A stretch of 28,256 bases of DNA from NCBI GenBank assembly GCA_031414955.1, contig JANOQV010000054.1:1-28256 (forward strand), in the 5' to 3' direction. Within the stretch, counting starts at the first letter, position 1. Every line of letters begins with the position of its first letter. The notes beneath the pieces were generated by a model that ran no database searches, had not been told where the DNA came from, and worked only from the letters and a program-made list of their open reading frames with translations. Shown piece by piece: positions 8,470 through 16,418 of this stretch. Both the position numbers and the translations under genes were made by a program. Source of the stretch: Pedosphaera sp. (GTDB taxonomy: Bacteria; Verrucomicrobiota; Verrucomicrobiia; Limisphaerales; SIBH01).

Positions 8470-9027
8470 ATGAAAATGAAGCGAATAATTTGGGTCGGCG
8501 GCACGCTGGTTCTGCTGCTCCTCATCGCTTTCACTGTTTTATCCGTGAATGGGGAAAGGATGTTTCGGCTGCGTTCGTCCGCGCGCAAGCAATGGAAGGC
8601 AAAGGCTCTCGGTGAGATCGTCGAACGAATCAAGGACACCCGCGGTCTCTCGAATGAACTGACCCATTTGCGAGCTGAGATGGGGACAGACGTAGAGTCA
8701 GGTTGGATCGGAACGAACCTGCTCGTGATGACCAATGGCGAGTGGCTTCTCTATCGAAACAAATGTGTGAAAGAAGCCGAGCACATCCACGATTTATTTC
8801 TGGCCCGAGGTTCGGATGGGAAATGGTACTATTCCACGTTTCACTTCTGCATCGGGATGAGCACTCTTCGCGGCGATATGTTCGGCCGCAGTCGTCCAGG
8901 ATCGATCGCCGAATTCACTCAGGCATATAGCGCGCCGGAGTTTGATGGACATTCGGATGACGGCCTGAAAAAGACGTGGCCATTTAAGAACTGGCAGACA
9001 AATCTGATCTCCCAACCACGGCAATGA
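8470..9027 (+). CDS. Hypothetical secreted or membrane-anchored protein
   Basis: 185-aa ORF with a basic then hydrophobic N-terminus (MKMKRIIWVGGTLVLLLLIAF); visibly more AT-rich than the flanking genes. Confidence 0.75.
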   Translation: MKMKRIIWVGGTLVLLLLIAFTVLSVNGERMFRLRSSARKQWKAKALGEIVERIKDTRGLSNELTHLRAEMGTDVESGWIGTNLLVMTNGEWLLYRNKCVKEAEHIHDLFLARGSDGKWYYSTFHFCIGMSTLRGDMFGRSRPGSIAEFTQAYSAPEFDGHSDDGLKKTWPFKNWQTNLISQPRQ

Positions 9028-9080
9028 GGCTGGCTGTTTCCCCTGTTGCACCACCTAGGCCCGTCCGCTAATTTTCCGCC

Positions 9081-9314
9081 ATGCCAATGACTGTGGATCA
9101 ACTCGCGGCGGAGGCGCTGAATCTGCCCCCGGAAGCGCGCGCGGAACTGGCCGAGCGCCTCGCCCTGAGCCTCGATACCGCCGAGTTGACGGAGATCGAC
9201 CGACGCTGGGCGGCGGAAGCCCGGCGGCGCGGGGATGAACTCGTGTCCGGTCAAGTGCAAGGCATTCCCGGCGAGCAGGTCTTCGCCGAAGCCCGCCAAA
9301 TCCTCGGCGAATGA
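9081..9314 (+). CDS. Putative addiction-module antitoxin (TIGR02574-like)
   Basis: EALNLPPEARAELAERLALSL...WAAEARRR...SGQVQGIPGEQVF pattern; ATGA overlap with the toxin gene. Confidence 0.88.
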   Translation: MPMTVDQLAAEALNLPPEARAELAERLALSLDTAELTEIDRRWAAEARRRGDELVSGQVQGIPGEQVFAEARQILGE

Positions 9315-9607
9315 GGGTGATTTTTCATCCCGAGGCCCGGGCTGAATTCACACACGACATCCGTTACTACGCGCAGCAACGTCATGGTCTCGGCGTCCGG
9401 TTCCGCAATGTGGTGCAGGAAATCATCCAACGCATTCTCGCCCATCCTGGTCGGGGCCATCCCGTGGAAGACAATGTGCGTCGCTGTTTGACGCCGGTCT
9501 TTCAACACGCCATCCATTACGTCGTCACACCCGAAACACTCTTCATCGTCGCGACCGGGCATTGCCGTCGCGAACCGGGTTACTGGAGGAAGCGGCTCGA
9601 GAGTTGA
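9311..9607 (+). CDS. RelE/ParE-family type II toxin
   Basis: MRVIFHPEARAEF...YY...GLGVRF...VRRCL..VF...IHY...H.RREPGYW pattern. Confidence 0.88.
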   Translation: MRVIFHPEARAEFTHDIRYYAQQRHGLGVRFRNVVQEIIQRILAHPGRGHPVEDNVRRCLTPVFQHAIHYVVTPETLFIVATGHCRREPGYWRKRLES

Positions 9608-9622
9608 AGTGATTCGTTCCGC

Positions 9623-9811
9623 TCAGAGCTGCACGCACACCGCCTTGGTCTCGGGGTAAAGCTCCAGCGCCTCCGGGCCCATCTCGCGGCCCCAGCCGGA
9701 TGGCCTGTCGCCGCCGAAGGGCCGCGCGGCATCGAAGATGTCGGAGCAACTCACTCACACCGGGCCGGCCCGCCGCTCGGCCGCGAGGCGATGGGCCGTG
9801 CTCACGTCGCG
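9623..9811 (-). pseudogene. Degraded 3' end of an aldehyde dehydrogenase gene
   Basis: Manual translation gives RDVSTAHRLAAERRAGPV*VSCSDIFDAARPFGGDRPSGWGREMGPEALELYPETKAVCVQL*, matching the ALDH C-terminus (AG.VW.N...PFGG.K.SG.GRE.G...Y...K.V). TGA at 9755-9757 replaces the Trp. No 5' part is present. Confidence 0.85.
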
Positions 9812-9814
9812 CGG

Positions 9815-12800
9815 CTACGGTTGCTGCGGCGTGGCCAGGCGGTAAAAGCGGTTGGTCCTGTAGCCGGGGTCGGGGAGCACTTCCACCCGGTTGCTCGAGC
9901 GCGCGGCTACGTCGGCCAGTTTCGTCCAAGCCGGGGCGGTGAGCGAGTCCTTGAACTGGATGCTGTAGGTGCGGTTCGAGATCGCGCCGAAGTTCAGCAC
10001 CGCGCCGGGCGGGCGGGTGAGTGAATCAATCTTCAGGTAGCTCAAGGCGTTGGTCGGGTTGGTGCCGGCCACGTATTCCGCGCCGTTCAACATGCCGTCG
10101 CCGTCGCTGTCCGCGCTGGCGTTCAACCCCAGCCCGCCAAAAAAGTTCGTCTCCCAATGATCGGCCAACCCGTCGCCGTCGGTGTCGGGCAGATAGGTGA
10201 GGGTGGCGGCGGTGCTGAGACGGCCGCTGGGCAGGGAGAGATTGGTCACGATGAAGGAGTAGCTGTTCCAGGGCGACATGGTGTTGGTCCCGCTCAAGAC
10301 CCAGTAGGCGGTGCGTTCATTGAGAGTGATGAAAGTGGCGGGGAGAATGACACCGTTGCGGCGCAACCGGTATCCGATGGGCAGCGTGGCGGTGTTAGTC
10401 ACACTTACGCTCAAGACGATGGTCGCGCCAGGCACGAGGGCCTGGCTGACCGGGTTCAACACGATCAGCGGATCGACGAGGACACTGAGCAGGACGGGCG
10501 TGCTGACCACGCAGCCGATGTTGTCAGTGATGATCACGGTGATGATGCCGTCCGCGCCGGGCTGGACGTTGGTGAAGAGCACGCTCGAGTTGGTCGCCCC
10601 GAGGAGGTTCGTGCCGTTCTTCTGCCACTGGTAAGTCAGCGGCGCGGCACTGTAGGCGGTGACGCTGAAGGTGACGTTGCTGGTAGGCCTCGTGGCCACG
10701 CCCACCGGCTGGGAAAGGATGGTCGCAGGATAAATCAGCGAGAGTGCGGCGTTGGAGCTGAGTGCGGAACCAGCGGTATTGAAGACGAGCACGTCGTAGT
10801 CGCCGGCCTGGGCAGGCTGCACGCTGTTCAAGGGCAGCAGGGCGTTGGTCGCGCCGGAGAGCAGCGCGCCATTGAAGCGCCATTGGTAACGCAGCGGCGG
10901 AGCGCCCGTGGCCGTGACGTTGAAGCTGGTGTTCTGGTAGGCCACGAGATTCAGACTCACCGGGTGCGCGGTGATGACGGGCGCAACGCCGGGCACGGTG
11001 GGCGCGGCGGCGGTGGGGAAGGCGGCGGTCCAGTTCACGGGATCATTGCCGTAGGCATTTGAATCGCGGCGCTGGAGCGAGAGGCCGAAGCCATCCGCAC
11101 CGCCCGGCCACGGCGACGAGTCGGCGTAATCCACCTTGTCCATGAGCACGTAGGGCACGACGCCCAGGATCGGCGTGGTGGGTTTCTTCAACTCCACGTC
11201 CGCGCCGCCGTTGTCGAGCTTGCCTGAGTAGGGGCCGAAGAGCCGCACGCCCCCGCCCACGCCGAACTTGGCGCGAAAGGCGGCCGCCAGCGCCGTGTTG
11301 GTCGGATTAAAATTCACCAGCAGGATCGACTCGTTCGCGAGGAGCGTGAGGTTGGTCGGGAAGTTGAAATCCACCCCGCCGCGCAGGCGCCAGGTGTTGG
11401 TCGTCTGGACGGGGTTGAACAACGGCACCGCGCCGGCGGTGATGTTGAGCAGCTCGATGAACTCGTCGTCGCTGTTGTCATTGGTGCCGCCGATCTCCGG
11501 CGGGCGGTACATGATTTCGTTGATGATCACCGGGCCGACGCGCGGGCCGGAGTTGGTCGCGCCCACCGTTCGCGAAATTTGCGCCACGAAATGTTCCTTG
11601 CCCTCGCTCGTGACGTGACGGCCGAAGGACACGCCATCATCCGCCGCGCCAAAGCTGTGGCCGTGGACGTAGCCGGTGAGATTACCCGCGAGGTCGGCGC
11701 TGAAGAGCCACACTTCGTCGCCGTCCGCCGCCAGCCCGAACGCGGTGGCTCCAATGTTGAACTGCGCTTCGTCGAAAGTGACGTAGCCGTTCGAGGCGAT
11801 GATGGTGCCGTTCGGAATGCGATACTTGGCCGGAGTGTTGAAGTCGTCGGTCAACCACCAACCGCTCACGTCGGCGGGCGCGGCGGTGGGGTTGTGCAAC
11901 TCGATGGTGTCGGTGGGCGGCGGCACGTCGGTGCGGGTCAGGGCTTCGGTGATGAGCACGGGCGCGAGGCTGGCCGGCGCGGGTTCAACGAGACCGGGCG
12001 AGCCGGACAACGCACCGCTCGCACGCCACTGGCTCTTGCTGTCCCAGGCATCGGGCTGGGCGGCTTCATCCACGATCACGAGCGAGAAACCCAGGCCGTC
12101 GGTGATCGGATACCAGTCGTCGTCGTAGCTGAAGTCGAGAATCTCCTCGTTGTCGGCGGCGAGCAGTTGGAGCCGTTCGCCGTCATTCTCCAGTTGGCCG
12201 GTGAACTGTCCGGCCACGGGCCGCCCGGCGCCGTAACGCGCGGTGAAGGCGGCGGAGTTCTTCACCACCAGCGCACGAGCGCCGGGCGCGAGATTGGTGA
12301 TGGCACTGCCGGTGAAGTTGAAGTCCACGCCATTGGTCAGGCGCACGCCCAGCAGACTGATCGTCACGTTGGTGGAGATGTTGCGCAGCTCGACGTACTC
12401 GAATTCATCCGGAGCCAGTGGATTCCCGGCCAGGGGCGCGGGATGGAACATGATCTCGGTGATGCGGAGGAACTGCTGCGCCGGGCCGGGCGCGGCGGCG
12501 TAGGCGTAAGTGGTGAGTGTCTGGCCGAGCGTGTTCTTGACCAGGATGGTTTCGCCGCGCGCGGAGAGCTGGCCCTGGTAAGGACCAAGGACGAACAATC
12601 CCTGGCCACCGCGCGGGCCGGTGGCGCGGGCGCGGAAGGAAGGCGTGTGCGGCGAGACGTAGGCCACGCTGTTCGAGGGCATCACCGTGCCGGGGGCGAA
12701 GGTGAAGTTCACGCCGCCATCGAGGTTCCAGCCGGAGATGTCCACCGCGAAGGGCGCGGGGTTGCTGACGCAGATGTATTCCTGATTCTGGTTGCCGCCG

Positions 12801-15800
12801 ACGGGATTGAACTCCACGCCCACGACGGCGAGGTAAATGTTGGGCGGCTGATCGAGCGGAATGCCGGCGTTGCTGGCGCTGTTGATGCCGATGGCGCGGG
12901 CGGTGTTGGTGATGGAATGGGTGGCGTACCAATGTGCCCGACGCGGAGCAATGAACTGGTTGAACAAGTCGCCCACGCCGGCCTCGAAAGTCTTGCCGCC
13001 CGCCCACGGAGAGAAGCCCCACTTGGCGCGGTCCAGGTTCGCTTCGACCGAGATGAGGTTGGTCATGTATTTGATGTAGTTTTCGAGGACGAGCGCATCC
13101 ACCGCGGTGCCGGGCGCTTGAATCATCTGGTCCATGACGGAACGTTGACGGCGCAGCAGCATCTGGCGGGTTTCCGGCACCGCGACGATGACATCGTAGA
13201 GGCGGTTCCAATTGCCCACCGCCGTGCTGGAGCCGCCGTAGAACGGATGGCTCTTCGAGGTGTCCACGGTGGCTTCGAGCGGATTGCTCCCGCCGTAGAG
13301 CTGGCCCCACGAGGCGTTCATGTCGAAGGGAATGTTCCGCCACAGCCCATCGCCGAAGGTGTCGCGATACATGCTCATGTTGGCCCACACGTCGTCGTTC
13401 TCCGAGCACCAGCGCGCGCCGGTGAGATGGTTGATGACCTGGGGCACGTCGAGCAGATCAAAGACGGTGTTGCGCCGCGTCGCGAGGGCGGCGGTCTCGT
13501 TGATGCCGTTGGCGAGCTGGAGATAATCCGTGCGGCTCGCGTCGTTGTCCGGCTCCAGTTTCTGGAAGACGCCGGTGCTGAAGAAATCCGGCGTGAACGT
13601 GCCGACGGCCTTGTAGAGCGCGCCCGCCGGATCGTAGCCCAGGCGCTCCATCTGTTCCTGGCCGATGACGTCGTTGTGGAAGGCCAGTTGATAAAACTGA
13701 CCGTTGAGTTGCAGCCGCACCGGGTAGTCGTACGGAGCCTTGACCCCGATCTGATCGAGGAACCAGAAACAGAGGTGCTGCCGCAGATAGGCCGGATCGA
13801 GATGCTCGCCGAGGAAGGCGGACTTGCGCGTGCGCCCGCCCGGCCCGGCGTGACGAAACTCGTGACCGCGGTTGAACTCGATGCGATGCGCCTTCTTGTT
13901 CAGCCCGGCGGAAGTGTTGCCGCGCAGCTCCATGTAAACATTGTCGTAGAACTCACCGTCGTAAAAGATCGCGACGCGTCCGCCGCTCTCGGAGTCCGCG
14001 CCGATCTGCGAAGTGGTCGGTCCGGGCTGGAGAATCGTGGGCGGCGCGAAGAGATGGAAGATGGGCAGCTTGCTGGTGACGTTGGTCGGATCGACGACGG
14101 TGCCGAGATACTCCTCGGTGTTGGTCGGGTTGGTGAAGAGCGGCCAGCGCGAGGGATTGGCGGTGACGTCCGTCGCGGCCACGTAGTAGCGGATCATCTC
14201 GCCGTTGGTGGAAAGATTGGCCGGAATGGTCGCGCCGAAAAGTCCGTCTGCCGCTGCACCATCGCCGTGCGTGCCGTCGTCAAACATCGTCACCGTGACT
14301 TCGTTGCTGAACATGATGCGGTAGCGCAGCGAAACACTGGCGAGGGCGACGAAGGACGGGCGCACCCGCGCGGTCACGATCAAGTCCTGATCATCACGCG
14401 GGACGTTCGGGGAATGCGTCACGGCCTCGATGACGGGACCGGGCACGGCCGTGCCGCCGAGGTTGACCGAGCCGGGCGTGGGCGCGGTGAAATAAACGCC
14501 GCTGGCGCTGATGATGTAGCCGGGGGGCGGACCGGATTGAGCCAGGCCGTAGGAGACGTCCAGCACCTGTTGCGGGAAGGCCGGGCTGAACTGGCTGGAG
14601 ATGGTCACGCCGTCGGGCTTGACCAGACCGAGATACTCGCCGCCGGTGGAAAGTTGAAAGCTGGTGTGCAGACGCGCGCCGGGCACGCGCCGATCCTCGC
14701 CCGAGGCGAAGACCACAAGGAATCCGCCGGCCGTGAGGTTCGTGGCCGGGAAGCGCCACTTGGTCAAGTTGCCGGCACTGTCGGTGAGGAACCATCCGTC
14801 GAGATTCACCGAGGCCGCAGTCGGATTGTAGATCTCGATCCAATCCGGGAACGCGCCGGTTTCGTCAGCCAGCGTGCGCGTGTTCGAGGCCATGAACTCG
14901 CTGATGTATGGCCCGGCATCCGCCGCGTTCGGGTCGAGCACGCAAGTCCAGTTGCCCCCGGCGAAAGGGTTGGGCGGCGCGGCCAGATCCACGATCCCGG
15001 CCAGCGCAATCCAGGCGAACTGCACCGTGCCAGTGGCGGGCTGGGGAAATGAGAAAATGTAAAGGTTCGCTCCGGCGGGCGTGACGCTCGCAGCGGGAAC
15101 GGTGTTGATCAGCAGGTCGGCCGCATCAACGCCCGTCACTCCCTCGCTGAAAAGCACGGTGAGATTGGTCAGCGAACGCACCGTGCCGGAGGCGGCGGGC
15201 GTGAGGGCGGCGACGACCGGCGCGGTTTGATCCACGAGGTTGTAATTCCAGGTTGCGCCCGGCCCGGTGTCGTTGAAGCGGTTCGGCGGGAGCGCCTGAT
15301 CGTAGATGTTGTGGGCGGGATTCCAACTGATGGCCACATTGCCGTAGGGCGGCTGCACGAAAGTGAAGGTGTAGGTCGAACTGTTCACGATGTTCAGGCC
15401 CGCCGCGCCGATCCCGTTCACCAGCAGGTGCGCCGCCGCCACACCTGTGACCGGTTCGCTGAACGTCACCGTGATCTGAGTCAGGTTGCTGATCGTGCCC
15501 GCCACCGGGTTGACGTTCGCCACGGTGGGCGGGTTGGTTTCCGAGAGGATGGCATCAAGCAAACAATCGAAGCCCAGGTCGCTGCTGTTAAGGCTGCTTT
15601 GAAAAACCTGCACGGCGAGGACGTTGGTGCCGAGCACGAGATAGGTCGGCGGGCTAGGCAGGTTGTTGGTGAGAAACGAAACCGGTTCGACGGCATTCAC
15701 GGCCAGGGTGGCCGTGGTGACCGGATCGCCGGCGACGCCAGGCATGCTGACGCGCAAGACTTCGGTGCCATTGATCCAGGCGACGAAACCATCATCCACG

Positions 15801-16126
15801 ATGGAACCCATCCGTAGTCCTCCGATCTCCGCCAGGTTGGTCACGACGAAAGTTTTTCGGAGGAAGACGCTGAGGTAAACATTCTGCATCCCGGTGATCT
15901 GCGTGCCGCCGGGCAGCGGGTCGCCATACCAGAAGGGCGCGGGGGCAGCGGTGAACTGGCTGTCGTCGAAGCCGGCGACCCGCCAGGCCTCGATGGGCGC
16001 GGAGGCTTCGTTGGTACCTGGACGCCAGCGCCAGGAGGAGGCGCGATCAAACAGCAGGGCGGCCTGGGTCGTGGTCGCCAGGGCCAGCGCGCCGAGCAGA
16101 ATCAGCAGACGGATTTGGTTGGTCAT
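9815..16126 (-). CDS. Large secreted protein: beta-sandwich, 2 Ig-like, lamin-tail domains, CotH kinase, Ig domains, DxDGDG repeats, C-terminal RFYR module
   Basis: Signal peptide; LTD signatures (ISEFMASN..DWIEIYN, ITEIMFHP..EYVELRN, INEIMYRP..EFIELLN); CotH motifs (ELRGNTS, YLRQHL, ENDDVWANMSMY, IPFDMNASWG); Ig motifs (YQWRFNG, YQWQKNG). Confidence 0.9.
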   Translation of the reverse strand: MTNQIRLLILLGALALATTTQAALLFDRASSWRWRPGTNEASAPIEAWRVAGFDDSQFTAAPAPFWYGDPLPGGTQITGMQNVYLSVFLRKTFVVTNLAEIGGLRMGSIVDDGFVAWINGTEVLRVSMPGVAGDPVTTATLAVNAVEPVSFLTNNLPSPPTYLVLGTNVLAVQVFQSSLNSSDLGFDCLLDAILSETNPPTVANVNPVAGTISNLTQITVTFSEPVTGVAAAHLLVNGIGAAGLNIVNSSTYTFTFVQPPYGNVAISWNPAHNIYDQALPPNRFNDTGPGATWNYNLVDQTAPVVAALTPAASGTVRSLTNLTVLFSEGVTGVDAADLLINTVPAASVTPAGANLYIFSFPQPATGTVQFAWIALAGIVDLAAPPNPFAGGNWTCVLDPNAADAGPYISEFMASNTRTLADETGAFPDWIEIYNPTAASVNLDGWFLTDSAGNLTKWRFPATNLTAGGFLVVFASGEDRRVPGARLHTSFQLSTGGEYLGLVKPDGVTISSQFSPAFPQQVLDVSYGLAQSGPPPGYIISASGVYFTAPTPGSVNLGGTAVPGPVIEAVTHSPNVPRDDQDLIVTARVRPSFVALASVSLRYRIMFSNEVTVTMFDDGTHGDGAAADGLFGATIPANLSTNGEMIRYYVAATDVTANPSRWPLFTNPTNTEEYLGTVVDPTNVTSKLPIFHLFAPPTILQPGPTTSQIGADSESGGRVAIFYDGEFYDNVYMELRGNTSAGLNKKAHRIEFNRGHEFRHAGPGGRTRKSAFLGEHLDPAYLRQHLCFWFLDQIGVKAPYDYPVRLQLNGQFYQLAFHNDVIGQEQMERLGYDPAGALYKAVGTFTPDFFSTGVFQKLEPDNDASRTDYLQLANGINETAALATRRNTVFDLLDVPQVINHLTGARWCSENDDVWANMSMYRDTFGDGLWRNIPFDMNASWGQLYGGSNPLEATVDTSKSHPFYGGSSTAVGNWNRLYDVIVAVPETRQMLLRRQRSVMDQMIQAPGTAVDALVLENYIKYMTNLISVEANLDRAKWGFSPWAGGKTFEAGVGDLFNQFIAPRRAHWYATHSITNTARAIGINSASNAGIPLDQPPNIYLAVVGVEFNPVGGNQNQEYICVSNPAPFAVDISGWNLDGGVNFTFAPGTVMPSNSVAYVSPHTPSFRARATGPRGGQGLFVLGPYQGQLSARGETILVKNTLGQTLTTYAYAAAPGPAQQFLRITEIMFHPAPLAGNPLAPDEFEYVELRNISTNVTISLLGVRLTNGVDFNFTGSAITNLAPGARALVVKNSAAFTARYGAGRPVAGQFTGQLENDGERLQLLAADNEEILDFSYDDDWYPITDGLGFSLVIVDEAAQPDAWDSKSQWRASGALSGSPGLVEPAPASLAPVLITEALTRTDVPPPTDTIELHNPTAAPADVSGWWLTDDFNTPAKYRIPNGTIIASNGYVTFDEAQFNIGATAFGLAADGDEVWLFSADLAGNLTGYVHGHSFGAADDGVSFGRHVTSEGKEHFVAQISRTVGATNSGPRVGPVIINEIMYRPPEIGGTNDNSDDEFIELLNITAGAVPLFNPVQTTNTWRLRGGVDFNFPTNLTLLANESILLVNFNPTNTALAAAFRAKFGVGGGVRLFGPYSGKLDNGGADVELKKPTTPILGVVPYVLMDKVDYADSSPWPGGADGFGLSLQRRDSNAYGNDPVNWTAAFPTAAAPTVPGVAPVITAHPVSLNLVAYQNTSFNVTATGAPPLRYQWRFNGALLSGATNALLPLNSVQPAQAGDYDVLVFNTAGSALSSNAALSLIYPATILSQPVGVATRPTSNVTFSVTAYSAAPLTYQWQKNGTNLLGATNSSVLFTNVQPGADGIITVIITDNIGCVVSTPVLLSVLVDPLIVLNPVSQALVPGATIVLSVSVTNTATLPIGYRLRRNGVILPATFITLNERTAYWVLSGTNTMSPWNSYSFIVTNLSLPSGRLSTAATLTYLPDTDGDGLADHWETNFFGGLGLNASADSDGDGMLNGAEYVAGTNPTNALSYLKIDSLTRPPGAVLNFGAISNRTYSIQFKDSLTAPAWTKLADVAARSSNRVEVLPDPGYRTNRFYRLATPQQP

Positions 16127-16338
16127 AAAAGTCAGGTCAGGAGCATTACTTCATTTCAAATCATGGTCCGGGATCGAACCTGACGGAGCGCGGTGTGAAA
16201 ACGAATGGCCCCGGCGAAAAGGAAAGCTGCCTGCACCTCGAGCCTGGCTGCGGACTGGAAATTCCGCGCTCCGATGCGCCGCCTTGGCCCCGGCCAGTTC
16301 GTGTTCCTTGGCGTTCATTCGTGGTTTTGCACTCTCTC

Positions 16339-16374
16339 AAAAAAGAGGCGACCGGGAGACTGCTCCCGGTCGCC
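16339..16374 (-). terminator. Rho-independent terminator of the LamG gene
   Basis: Perfect 12-bp stem ggcgaccgggag/ctcccggtcgcc with a 4-nt loop, followed by TCTTTTTT on the minus strand, about 45 bp after the stop codon. Confidence 0.85.
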
Positions 16375-16418
16375 GTGATTCGAAGACTTGGCGCAACGAA
16401 ACGCGCGACCGGCCCACC

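Noticed and set aside
9811..9820. GCGGCTACGG at the ALDH/CotH junction, identical to the end of the dnaE REP-like element
   Set aside because: Only a 10-bp GC-rich match that includes the stop codon, with no accompanying hairpin; plausibly chance.
11579..15052. 1157-aa plus-strand ORF and other long antisense ORFs (e.g. 22637-24343, 25850-27229)
   Set aside because: They lie opposite well-supported genes and have low-information R/A/G-rich translations.
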